From Patellaria atrata CBS 101060 (lineage: Eukaryota), in NCBI GenBank assembly GCA_010093705.1, contig MU006089.1:3250061-3314060 (forward strand): a stretch of 64,000 nt of DNA. The letters run 5' to 3'. Of this stretch, positions 1 through 11,864 are shown piece by piece. A program made the position numbers and the translations under genes. Every line of letters starts with the position of its first letter. Position 1 is the stretch's first letter. The notes below the pieces were generated by a model. That model worked only from the letters and a program-made list of their open reading frames with translations, ran no database searches and had not been told where the DNA came from.

Positions 1-710
1 TCCTAGTAAAGAGCTTAGAGCAGTATATATACGATATATCCCTGTAGCTTTTCGTCACGCAGATACAGAGCAGACGAGACGGACAGACACGCAAAATATA
101 TAAGTAAGAGGAGGGGAGGGAGGTAAGAGTATTTGGATAAGATAGATAATCCAGCTATATACTACGTTTCGTAGTGCAGCAGAGCGACTTTTACTCCATA
201 AACGTCAAGGGAAATAGCGAGGGAGGGAGGCTATATACTACGAATAATACAGCTTGTAGCATACGAATCGGCCCCCAGTTACGTGGCCAACAAAGGGGTT
301 CTTTCTCCTCTTTGTACGTAGATAGGTTTTTTCCCACAGCATAGGTTAGTCTGCATGGAACCTTGCTTGGGACCGCATCAGACATTAAACAAGAATCAAT
401 AAATAATATGGAAGATTATCTTTCTAAAGGAGTTTCACTAATATCACTCCATAGAAGATCTAATGTTCCACATTTACCCGTGATCTTTTATCGGTTTACC
501 TAAATACTGTACAGTTTGAATCAACCAGGTATAGCACAGCCCCTTTTCGCCTGTACTTTCTAGAATTACTCTTCCCTAAACACCAAAATATGCAAATTCT
601 GTAATCAAAAGCTCCTCCGTAGCATTATGGTAAGGAGAGTGCTTAGTGAATGAGAGTTTTAACCGGGCTGACGGTCATGTATTCGGTTCAGAGTTAAGAT
701 ACTGAGACCT

Positions 711-1860
711 TCAGGCGTCTTCGGTTTTCTTCGATTTTCTACCCCTATACCATTATTACTAAAGTGGAACATTAGGTGGATTTGATCAAGTACCTCTTCT
801 GTGGGGGAGCTTTCTATGAGTTAGACAATTAGCATCACCAATACAGCAAGTTGTACCATTTTCAAGAGAGGGCTTACCTCGTTTCCGGCTGCCTTCTTGC
901 TTTTCGCTTTCGGTTGCGCTTTTGACATGGGTGCTGGAGCTTCCTCAGCAATCTCATCAGCGGAGTTATCGTCCTTAACGTTTGCTGCGGACTTCTTCGA
1001 AGACTTGGCTCTCTTGCTCTTTGGTGCGGGCTGCTCAACCTCGGAAATTGCGTCATCGTCTTCTTCAATCGCGACAGTCTTTTTCGGTTTAGCTTTGGAT
1101 TTCTTCGCAGCAGTTTCCTCTTTGCCAGTGCTCTTATTGGGCTTAGCTTTCGACTTATTTTCAACGGGTTTATCTTCGGGAGGTTGGGCTTTCTTTAGGT
1201 GTCCACGAGCTTTGGGAGCTGGCTCATCGTCCTTTTCATCTACCTCATCGGCCTGCTTCTTGCCCTTAGCCCGCTTTTTGGGCGCCGGAGCATCTTCCTC
1301 GTCCTCTTCATCTTCGTCACCTCCTTTACGTTTCTTTGATGCGGGAACTTTGAAACCTTTCTTGCCCGGTCTGTTCAATTCCACGTCCTAGTAAATGAGT
1401 TAGATGAGAGTGGCTCCCCGTAGACGAAATACTAACGCCGTTCCACTCTTCGTCATCGACGTGCCCTTGTTCTAATGCTTTCCGCACCTTCTCTTGGATG
1501 TCGGAGGATAACTCTTCGAAGCCATCAAAAATCTCAAAGTCACCTTCAATGAACTTGTTGACATTCTCGATAACTTGTGGACTCAAGCAACCCCTAGAAT
1601 CAATTAGTGATAGCGTAGAGAATTAAATAGCAATATTTACCAGTGTCTCCACTGCCAGCTGGTATGATCCATGATGGTGACCAAGGTGCCAAACCGGATT
1701 TCACCCTTCTTGATTTTGATCTTATCTTTCTTACATGCTGCATTGTTGCAGCCTGCCCTGTTGTTTGGTGAGACCTCTGTACTGGATTAGTAGATTTTTC
1801 AAAGGACAAAGACGTTCTCTGAGATTAAAATGTATTACCAATTCTGTAAGAGGTCGGCAT
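711..1860 (-). CDS. PARP-type zinc finger (zf-PARP) protein with Lys/Glu-rich tail, 6 exons
   Basis: Exons 1860-1839, 1776-1641, 1593-1437, 1387-878, 813-794, 744-711, all GT-AG. Spliced product MPTSYRIEVSPNNRAGCNNAACKKDKIKIKKGEIRFG...WRHWGC has the zf-PARP pattern (RAxC-x4-C...IxKGExRxG...HWxC) and ends KRGRKSKKTEDA*. The last two exons are less certain. Confidence 0.85.
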
Positions 1861-1925
1861 GCTTGCAGTAAATTCCTATGTGTGTCCTGTCAGTAGCAAA
1901 CTTCAAAAGAGATCGATGGTGAAAG

Positions 1926-2111
1926 ACGCGTGACTTAATTAGGGTTTAAGGTACAATAGTTTGCTAGGTTCATGGAGTTTGTAAGTATGATATGTTATCG
2001 ACTCACTGATGATGGGTATCCTCAGAGATTGTTATGTCAATACAAATAAGAGAAGAATGAGGTGTTGAGAAAGTTGATGGTAAGCTACAGTATCTCAGTC
2101 GCGTGTCGCGT
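1926..2111. promoter_or_regulatory. MCB-like elements in the divergent promoter
   Basis: ACGCGT at 1926-1931 and TCGCGT at 2099-2104 and 2106-2111, between the zf-PARP gene and the 967-aa gene. Confidence 0.3.
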
Positions 2112-2227
2112 AGCGAGAGAACTATTTCTGCTAACGTCATTTCTACACTAGGAACACCAAATGTCAAACCTCAGGTCCGCACTACTGTACCTCCAGCTCA
2201 TGTTCGTGAACTACCATCTCCAGTTCG

Positions 2228-5131
2228 ATGCATAGCAACTTTCGCGGGATCATATCCACACTCCTCGCAATACCTCTCGCTCGCTCCACTAGAACTCTAC
2301 CCATCCCAGAATTCCTCGCTCCCCGAATCGTACGCAATGCCCGCAAACGCTATATTTCGACCTCCATCGAGCACCATGTATCGCTATCTCGCGACGTACA
2401 TCAACCCCACGTTAGACCAAAGGTTGAGGATAAAAAGTTCGCAGGGCATCTGCCTCTTCTCTGCGACCGACACGCTCCTGACGCCTGGATAGAGGCTCTG
2501 GAAAAAGTATTACCGGAGCATTTAAGACTATCCACATCAGGGATAACAACAGAGTCTTTCATTTTCGAGGAACCAGTTCAATATGTTTCGTATATTCTCT
2601 CACAAGCCATGACACAGACTCAGATTGACCTATTGACCGTCCTCGGGGTTGAGAAAGGCCGATGGGAAGTTGTGATGTGGATTGTCAGGAGTCTCGTCGA
2701 GAAAAAAGCTTCCACACCTATATTGGAGGAATTCATCAAATCAGCAACATTTCAGTCGCCTGTGGAAGGATCCCTAGATGATATTACTAGGAATCACTGG
2801 GTAGACTTATCTGTTCATTATCCACCTACATCATACGCGTTAGACGAAATGGTAGATTCACCAATACATGACCTATATAAGGGGAAGCACACTCTTGGAC
2901 AAGTCTGGCATAGCCTTGGTAATATGATCATTTGCGCAGCTGAAGAAACATTGGACAATGACGAACTAATCATGCCGCATGTCCTTGAAATTCTTGCATA
3001 CCTCCATCACATGGAGCTCATCTCCGATCAAATTTATAGCGATAATCCAAACCGAGACTTGCTTGCTTTGCGACAACCTCCCGCTTTGCATCTTCTCTCC
3101 TCCCAAATCTTTACCTCTCTTTCTGATGCTGCGTGGAATGCTCACGAAACTGCTGCCCAGAAAGCAAAAAGCTCTCAAGTTGTCCAATACGATTGGATCG
3201 GGCGCGAAATCCCTGGGTCGCGCTATAAAGTCCAAGTGAGTTCGTTGGGTCCGGAAATATGGCTGGAACTAGTGCTTTGGTCCTGTCTATACGGTGGGTG
3301 GATATCCGAAGGAGCCGAGATTATTGCCAAATTGAAACAGTCCTCTGGAGAGAAGAGATGGTCACTAATCTGTTGGCGTGATATGCTTGCTGCAGTGGAA
3401 AATCCTGGTAACCAAATACCCGATAAAGCCTATCGTGATCGGAAATTAGTCGAGAAGACAATCAGCAGTGAAGTTGTAGCTGCATATGTCGATGCGTTAC
3501 TCAATGATATTCGAATTAATGTTGGCGCAAGAGGCATGGCTCCGCAAATTGCGCTCGATCATATTAGGAACTTAAAGCGATTTTTAGACGCTCAGAACAT
3601 GAGTCTTGCCCCAACCTCCTGGGGCGCAGTTGTATCACGGTACCTTGACTGGGAGGGTGTGGTTCTTGAACGAGCCCCATCACTTGCCTCACTAGCGCTC
3701 CGGTTACTCCCAGCCTTTAGGGAAGAGATCGAATCTATTAACGTATCTCCCAATGGCGCCTTAAGTGAGTCCACCAGCTACTATACTTTCGAACCTTCTG
3801 CGGCCCCCCTTGGTCTCCTTAATCGGACGTTGAACGGGTTTGTAGAAAAGGGCGATATAAATGGTCTTCTCACGGGGTTTGACAGGCTCCAGAAGTATAC
3901 GGACGTCAATAAACGAAGATCCTTGGAAGTCCTCTTATCGAGAGCGAGGTCGTCAACTCAGGACGGAAGAGACCTCGTCAAAGGGGTCTTTGACAGCAAC
4001 CTAGATGCGTCGCAGTTCCCTGCGTTCTATCCACAGATCCCGCCCCATATTTTAAGTTCCATTATGGATCTCATCACAAGCTCGAAAGCTTATGAGTTTG
4101 GTAGATGGCTTCTATACTCTACAGATATTGATGGCCCAATCATTCCAGACTCCATGTATAACAATGCCAAAATTGCCAAGTCATTAATCACATTTGCGTT
4201 CGCGTCTGGAGACAAGCAATTATTCGCAAAGATTCTGGATAGACAGAAGTTAACTACCGGCGAGAATAATGAAAAAATATCCAATGAAGTCCTACTTGCC
4301 CTTCTGGAAAGCCAGATCTCTTCACGAGATTGGGGGTCCGTACAGAATCTTCTGAAATACATGGGTCAATCTCCTACAGGCTGGAACGTGACAGCTGCAG
4401 TTCTGTTAGCACGCGAGCTACTGCGACTCGAATCTGAAATTTCACTCAGTGGCAATGAGGAAAAAGAGCAATCCTTCTCCCAAGTGAAGGAATTGTTCCG
4501 TTTCCTGGTACAGAATGGCTATGGCAACGTTGAAAAGGGAGGTCATCTCACGATCACATCGATTCTCGGGTTCTTAGCATGCACCAACAGAGAATGGGCT
4601 ATATTCTCCTCTACACTTCGCTCACGGTCGACTGCACAAGCTGTTAGCATGAGCACTCAACAGTTCAACATTCTACTTGAGGGCGCTGTGCAGAGAGCTG
4701 GTAGTGGAGAGGGTACAAGGCTGGTGAAGATGTGGAGTCGGGATATCATGCCACCGAGTCCAGAGAGTGGCGGTCTGGTCACACTTCCTGCTACTCGTCC
4801 GAAACACCACAATGAAGTAGATTCATTGTCTCCTCTGGAGATCGACGCTTGTATCGAATCGCACGAACCCTTCCTGTTTTACGGACGGGTGGAGACAGAC
4901 CTGAGCACACTACGGATCATTCTAAGCGCTTTCATCAAGGAGAACATAGACGGCATGGAGCAACGTAACGTCGGTAACTATCAGCTTCAAGAAGACTTGA
5001 AGATGTTTAATTGGCTCAGAAAGAAAATGAAAGCATTCGGTCTAACTGCTACAGAAATAGAACATGAGGTGGATGGTATTATCGCTATAGAAGCGAGGAA
5101 AAGTACAGTTTCTCGCAAAGTCGGACCCTAG
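2228..5131 (+). CDS. Uncharacterised 967-aa protein, probably mitochondrial and helical-repeat (PPR-like)
   Basis: Single-exon 967-codon ORF. N-terminus is Arg-rich and nearly acid-free (…NARKRYIST), like a presequence, and the body is leucine-rich and helical. The function is inferred only. Confidence 0.85.
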   Translation: MHSNFRGIISTLLAIPLARSTRTLPIPEFLAPRIVRNARKRYISTSIEHHVSLSRDVHQPHVRPKVEDKKFAGHLPLLCDRHAPDAWIEALEKVLPEHLRLSTSGITTESFIFEEPVQYVSYILSQAMTQTQIDLLTVLGVEKGRWEVVMWIVRSLVEKKASTPILEEFIKSATFQSPVEGSLDDITRNHWVDLSVHYPPTSYALDEMVDSPIHDLYKGKHTLGQVWHSLGNMIICAAEETLDNDELIMPHVLEILAYLHHMELISDQIYSDNPNRDLLALRQPPALHLLSSQIFTSLSDAAWNAHETAAQKAKSSQVVQYDWIGREIPGSRYKVQVSSLGPEIWLELVLWSCLYGGWISEGAEIIAKLKQSSGEKRWSLICWRDMLAAVENPGNQIPDKAYRDRKLVEKTISSEVVAAYVDALLNDIRINVGARGMAPQIALDHIRNLKRFLDAQNMSLAPTSWGAVVSRYLDWEGVVLERAPSLASLALRLLPAFREEIESINVSPNGALSESTSYYTFEPSAAPLGLLNRTLNGFVEKGDINGLLTGFDRLQKYTDVNKRRSLEVLLSRARSSTQDGRDLVKGVFDSNLDASQFPAFYPQIPPHILSSIMDLITSSKAYEFGRWLLYSTDIDGPIIPDSMYNNAKIAKSLITFAFASGDKQLFAKILDRQKLTTGENNEKISNEVLLALLESQISSRDWGSVQNLLKYMGQSPTGWNVTAAVLLARELLRLESEISLSGNEEKEQSFSQVKELFRFLVQNGYGNVEKGGHLTITSILGFLACTNREWAIFSSTLRSRSTAQAVSMSTQQFNILLEGAVQRAGSGEGTRLVKMWSRDIMPPSPESGGLVTLPATRPKHHNEVDSLSPLEIDACIESHEPFLFYGRVETDLSTLRIILSAFIKENIDGMEQRNVGNYQLQEDLKMFNWLRKKMKAFGLTATEIEHEVDGIIAIEARKSTVSRKVGP

Positions 5132-7057
5132 CATTGACGGACGAATCAAGACTTCTGGGGTACAAAAGGTACGTCCCTAGCAAGGCGAAGGAATTGACTT
5201 CTTTATAAAGCGCGCTGACAACAAAGAATTGCTATTTCAAAACTTTGCATAGTGTAAGGATGGGGAGCTCCGTCATTCGCCAGAGGTCCTGGCGGCTCAA
5301 GTGCGTCGTGTGCTTAAGTATCAATCCTGCTAGGTCGAGTATTGCCGATATTTGACGTTCGATCAGCAAATTTTTACATTAGCCCATCAACACAGATTTC
5401 TCCTTGCTGTCAGCTTGTGATGAAGGGCGATATCGCAACCAGGATCGAGGTATATGTACCTGATAGTGAAGGCGGGGCATATGTCACTCTAGCAAAGTCA
5501 ACAAACAATGAAGAAGTGGAAGAAGATTGAGAGTATCCACCCACGTTACTTACTTTACTTGCTTCGGCGCCGCCAAGTGTTGTTGAAGAGCGACTCCGAG
5601 CAAAAGGGGAAAGTTGTCATGTTGATAAATTCATACTTGATACTTGCGGTCCATAGCGCGGCTCACGGCAGGAGCATTTTCGCAGTAACTTAACTTGTTA
5701 CCTTGTATCACCTGTTACACGCGGGCCGTCGCGCTCAACGAGGTCAACCAGGCTGCTGTTGCACGCCTTTATGTGAGAGGCTTGCAGCAGCCTCTTGCAC
5801 ACCGCTTCTCTAGCGAGCATACTAGTAGACACAATTGACTTAAGAAAAAGGAGCAAGATGAAGAGGTTAAGATTGGCTTGCCGTCGGCTTTGGCAATACT
5901 TCAGGTCAGATATATCTCGATAGGAGGGACAACTCTTTGCCATGATGCAACACGAGCGCTGGTCTGCAGATTACCTTATTAAATTGATATGATTCCCCGG
6001 AATCCAAAGTCCAGAAGAAAGATATGCTGAGCGTGACTCTGTTAGAAAAATTAATATATGCCGGGTGAAGTGGGACATGTTGTCAGCTTTTCCGTTCTCC
6101 TGATGTACCTGATTGGTAGTGAGGGCAACGGCGGGGTCCCTTTTCAGTTTTAACAAAAGGCCGCACAAAAACCAGCGGCGCCTCTAACAACAAGCGCCAT
6201 AACGGGGGCCAGTTTTTGATTTCCAGTGTCAGTGGCTGTACAAAATACTGAAAATAACAGAATTACAAGTATTAGAACCAATAGAGCGAGAAAGGCCGGA
6301 TAGTGGGCCAATTGTACAAGTTTTTTGGTAACTTTTGTCAGTTTTGTGTGTGATTCACCGCCGATGTAAATCTTGGCACGCTAAAAATTATCGTCTCATG
6401 GGATAGAGTTAAGGTATTCAGATCCTCTTGCTCTTGCCCTCTCTTTCTCTTCTCTTTTTTCTCGACAACAAATCTATCACCCAAGACAAGAGTCACCACA
6501 ATACATATTAAATAACTATTACAAATCCCCATCAATACTTATCTTCGTCGAGAAACAATGCCTCAGGCCATCGCTGAGCTATAACTTCCTACTGGAGGTC
6601 ATACGCCAATCGTGTGACCTCCAGTCGCAAGCTCAACGAGAATTTCAACGACTCTTCGAACGATACTAATTCGACTGCTTAAGGCACTCTATGCTTTCGA
6701 TCGAATTGGCCTGACTGTCTACACCGATATTGACCCCGAACTCTTTCTGGGTTTCTCTACCACAAGGCGCTGTTTCTACGTTTGTTCCATATCAAACACG
6801 ACGAAGTCTCTCAGACTCGATATTTTCACTCTCCCGTGCATTCGAGTCCTAGAAACCACATTATCCATACCTGCAATCGTCCATAGGCGATCCTCATATT
6901 CCTCTCGTAAACCCCTCCGACCTTTCTCCATTCCTCGAATCCTCATTATACAAGCTATTCTTTCTAGGAGGATCTCCGAAATTCACGCAGTAATTTACAA
7001 TTGGGAACAGTACATATTGCCATCCCGTAAGGTAATTGCATTATATTCTGCAGCAAG

Positions 7058-9314
7058 ATGGCTGCAATTGGGAATAACTTTTACCCACGTCGTCATGCTG
7101 GGAAGAAACCCCACCACAAGTATCTCCAGGGGTCCAGTAATGATGCATTCACTACCACTTCTCGAAAGGCGCCTTCTCAGAAAGCGACCATATCTGATAC
7201 TACGAAGAACACAGGTGTAGAAGAAGAAGAAAGTGGAGACGGATGCTGTGATGAAGATAGTGACAGTAGTGATGAAGATAGCGATGAGCAGGATGAAGAT
7301 GATCCGGAAGAATTTGCCCCGTCTGACGGCCCTGCTGTTCATATCGACAGCGTTGACACCAAGGGAGGTGCTACGCCGAACAGCAGTGACCGTGGGGCGG
7401 GGCTTATAACTAACAGACTTTCTGTTACAACATTCGAATCTCCCTCAAAAAAGCGAACATTTAGCAACGTGAGCAACACTTCCCTTCTATACGGTACTAG
7501 TGACAGCGATGGACAAAAGAGATCGATGCAATATCCCCGGAAGAAATTACTTAGACGATTGAGCAATAACCCACAGGGTCTATTATCTTATGAAGGAGTT
7601 CTCCCAAGCAAGAAGCTCTTAGAACAAGGCCTTCAGGTATCAGACAACGCTATTGAAAGCTCTGATGACGACTACGCAGGCGTCGAGCTCGTCAGTGATT
7701 CTGAGGATAATGAGCCTGATATGGAGAAGCTTGAGGAGCAGATGATCATTAATTCTGAAGCAGGCCTCGACCTTTTCAGCAGACGTGATAGTATCTCTAG
7801 CATTGGTAGTGATATGTTTGATTTCGCCCTCATCGGTGGCGAGCCTCTCGACCCTGAGGGCGATTTCTTTGACATACCATCCACTATTGAAGAAGTAGCA
7901 GAGCTCACCGGATTTGACCCGTTCAAAGCGACACCAACTAGTAACGGGAGAAAACCATCTGATGGTTCCACCAGACGAGTTCGTTTTGATCTTGAGGACT
8001 CTAAGGTCCCTGAAGATGCTGAAGTTGCTGAGGTTTCAGACTCTTCAAGCTCTACCTCGTCAGGAGCTGACAGTGCTCTCTTCCCCGATCTCTTCTTGCA
8101 GCAAGATCAACTTGACCCTAGCTTTCGTTATATGATCGAGAATGAAATGGATCTTGACATAGGCAATACAACTGCTAGCGATGGAGAGTGGGAGTTGAAT
8201 GGAGACGCAAGCAATGTTTCTCACGGCATTCGTACTGAATCCGAGGGGTCGGGGGATTCTGAAGCCGGGTCTAGTGGATACGAAAGTAAGGTTTCTCCTT
8301 TCTTCTTCACCTTCTGTCTAACCCTATGCCCTAGCGGACGATGGAGAAACTACCGACGAGGACCTTCCACCGCCAGCTACAGTTCACAGGCCCAGTGCAT
8401 TGCTCCAGCGCCAACCATCCGTCAATCTTGGTGAGAAGTCTAGCCCCAAACCATTCAAGCGCTCGAAACCCCAACCCCCTAAACGGAAAGGGCCCGTGAT
8501 GGGTCAATGGACAGTTGATCCGAATAAGGCTTACGCGCTAATTGACAGCTCCGGTAAGAAATTGATACTTTATGCACCTCGTAATACTACGAAAGAAAGT
8601 GTATATTGGAATGAAAGTAGCGGGAGTAGCACTGTTAACAACAGCCCCCGTACTCCCTACCGTCCTCTTACTACCGAAGACAGTGACTTGGGCGACATTG
8701 CAAGCCATCAGTTCACCATGGCTCCAGACCTCATGCTAGGCGGCTTCTTTGGAACGGGTTCTGGGCCGGGTAGTCTCCTTGCTGGTCAAGTGATCGGGCC
8801 AGAGGAAGCGTTTTATCCATTTATTAATATTGACACCAATGGCTTCATTGTCCCCTCTGAGGAGAGCTATGACGACGAAGACGATGATGAAGATAACTTT
8901 GATGAAGATCTCGATATCCAAAACTTCATCGATTTTGGAGACGGCAACTCTGATAGTGATGATATGGAAGTGCTCGCCTCTCCTGCTACATCCACTGCTA
9001 CTCAAATCGTCTCCACTCCAGTGAAACCTGTCGACAAAACACCCGCGGCTAAGATTCTCGAGCATCTCGATCGGAGTAACGTTACAGCATTTAGAAGCAA
9101 TCAACACCGTTCTCGTAAACTCGCTAGCCTCCCGCAACATCCTAGTCACCGGCGTGCAAGTATGCGACCTGTTCGACTCGGAGGCTCAGTGGAGACCCCT
9201 ATCACTCCGGTAAGAAGGAGAAAGTCTAGTAACGTGGATTTACACTCCAGTCCTCTTGCTACCAAACCTTTGAGCCGCAAACTGCGTAGCTCTAGAAATC
9301 ACCGAGGCACTTAA
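7058..9314 (+). CDS. Acidic low-complexity protein, Ifh1/Crf1-like (candidate ribosomal-protein gene co-regulator)
   Basis: Exons 7058-8285 and 8335-9314 (intron GTAAGG…CTAAC…CTAG). The junction gives SSGYETDDGETTDEDLPPP, reminiscent of the CK2-phosphorylated Fhl1-binding motif (STDED…LP) of yeast Ifh1/Crf1. Other blocks: KKRTFS, RRVRF, LFPDLF. The gene is well supported; the family call is tentative. Confidence 0.7.
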
Positions 9315-10644
9315 CCACCAAATTACCTTTCCACAGTACATAACTCAACGGTTCGAAAATCCCGGGATGTCGTATGAACCTTCGGGCTCATTGCTCTACT
9401 GGAATTTCATGATTTATGACTTTGACGGCCATGGTAGAAAAAAAACGCACAAAAGTTCAGGCCAGTTTACTTTTTGATTCTCTTCTTTCATTACATAGCG
9501 CGTATACGGGAAAAGATTCTGACGTCAAGGTCTTGTAAGATCAAAGTACACGCCTCTAATGGTAATGACTAGGACCTGCGGATTTAGTACAGCGCAATCA
9601 TTCGCTCTTTGCGGATTTATCCCTACTTGCCCATTTCTGGATTTCAGGGGATATTCTTACTAGGGCTTTGCCGCGAGCATTTCCTTTTGTTATATCATTT
9701 CTGTCAGTAGGTCGATGTCATTAGGGGGGGCTTTTGAGATGTCTCTGGGCAAGTGCTGCTTTCTTCGTGTCGTGTATGATTATCAGTTGAGCTCGTTTTC
9801 AGAAAAGTAATACAATGAGATTCCATTCATTCACGGCGCCATTGTGATGTCGAACTTCCAATTCGCTTCACTGTATCCCTTCCCCAATGATTATATCTAT
9901 TACCAATTCCAATGCCAGCACCACGCCAATAAATAGGTGTTCTTAGGGTAGCAGAACGGTTGGATTTAACTTCGAATTCGAATATCGAATTTACTCTGTA
10001 GTTCCATTATCCCTTGACCAGTGTCTCCTGGTTCTTCCATCACAAGCTTCAATTTACCACCTCAGCCAATTCTAACCCCGCCGAACCTCCCGTTTACCTC
10101 TTTCGATCTACCCAATCCCCGTTCACACTTTCTCTCATCCCCCTTTCCCTCAACCCCCTTTCCCAGCGGAAATTCCTTTTTTCCATCATCCCAGTAAACG
10201 ATTCTCAAATTCGAGGCATGGAGATATGTACAGTACTGTAAAATTAAAGAGGTTGGGGATTAGGGGTAATCTGGGGTGGTGGCTACGATATGGACGAGAA
10301 AGCCTCCTTGCTCTAATCCACGGAGCGTGTATTGGAGTTTGAGTTCAATCTTTCAAATACGACGGGATGAGTTCGCAAACCAAACGCAACAGAGCGATGA
10401 AACTAAAAAGCCTCCCATCCCTTCAGACGATCTTCACATAGCTATCTACTCTACTGCTGAGAACTTGGGGTTTAAAGTGAGAGAGTGGGATTCACGGGAA
10501 GCGGTCTGGAGGTTGGGGGTTCGGAGACAGGAGGTTTGTGGGGAGGCTTTACGTGTTTGGGGGTTCCGGGGGTGGTGTTGGGTACGATTTGGATTGTTTG
10601 GACTTGGTCTAAGATCTTGGGGGTTGGGCTGGGTTAATTTGACT

Positions 10645-10927
10645 GGGTTGTTTGGATTGTTTGGGTTGTTTGAATTTTGTGTGTTCTGAGTGGGTATATT
10701 ATGAGAAGAGTGTATGCTCTGATGAGAGTGTATGCTCTGACGGGAGTGCATGCTCTGAGGGGACTGGATGCTCTGATGGAAGTGTGTGTTCTGAGGGGAG
10801 TTTATGCTCTGAGGGGACTGTACGCTGAGGAGACCGGTCAGTTTGACCCGAGTGTACAGTTTGATCTAATTGTACAATTGATCCAGCTGTAAAATTCGCC
10901 CTGATTGTGCAATTGACTTCACCGTAC
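10645..10927. repeat. Degenerate minisatellite: seven 18-bp units plus flanking 9-bp and 17-18-bp repeats
   Basis: Units such as tctgatgagagtgtatgc, tctgacgggagtgcatgc and tctgaggggactggatgc at 10700-10825. gggttgttt/ggattgttt repeats at 10645-10680. Looser a(g/a)tt…gtac units at 10840-10927. Confidence 0.85.
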
Positions 10928-11864
10928 ATACTGCTGAGTTTCTAAATTGATTTTATTGTGCATATGAACCCGAACTCTTAAGATTTGAACTGACTACGTA
11001 AATTGACTTAGCAATTCGGCTCGACTAAATGTATAAAATGACTTCAAGCTGTATACAGGCGTGGACTGTTTGGGGGAGGGGATCCACAGTGAATCGGATG
11101 TTGACAGGGGAAGCACTAGGTGTGCAGCAAGAATGGAGCAAACAGCGAATATCAGGAGAAAACAGTCCAGTCTTTCCATGTTATCAATCCACATCGTACC
11201 CTCCCCAGATTTCAACGCTTCTATGCGGATGTCAAGAGGAGCTCACGATAATATTGTATGGAACTAAGGAGAGAATAACAGATCTCGGTAGGATCGTATT
11301 TGGTATGGCATATTAAGTAGTGGACAGATTTTCGTCCTATTAAGGTTTTCCAGGCGTATACAACGCTTCATCGGGTACGAACAACTCTAAAGAAAAATAA
11401 AGTAGAACATAGTGATAAATCGTGGACCTTTATGAAGAGAACAAAATGGAATTGACTGAATGACTACCATAGAATTGCGGAGTCAGCACAGAAGGAAAAT
11501 ATTCTCGTTGAAGTACTACAATTAAGCGTTTCGTACTTTGACAGCAGGACTTACAGAATTTAGATGTACCTACGTTGTACAGTACTGATGTGAAATTGGT
11601 AACTTTGTTTTTATCTCCGCACATCTGCGGAGGATCGACCACACTGACACGGATGGCGCGTCAAGGGATGAACTTCTGCCAAGGCGATCGGTTCAAATTA
11701 CAGAAATTATTAAGGTAATGGTGTTTGAGACTCTCAACACCCCTTCATGTTACATCATTTGATATGACCTGTACATACTGATACTTCGATCTGACTACAT
11801 CACTTCCCTTCAATCAATTGAATACACAACGCTACAGAAGCCCGCGAGCCAGTCCTATATCAAC

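Noticed and set aside
897..1391. Long antisense ORFs (897-1391, 14390-14812, 55467-55922, 62263-63024 and others)
   Set aside because: They are shadows of real genes on the opposite strand, caused by codon bias or low complexity.
10700..10825. Repeat array as CRISPR
   Set aside because: Contiguous degenerate tandem units with no unique spacers, no cas genes, and a eukaryotic context.
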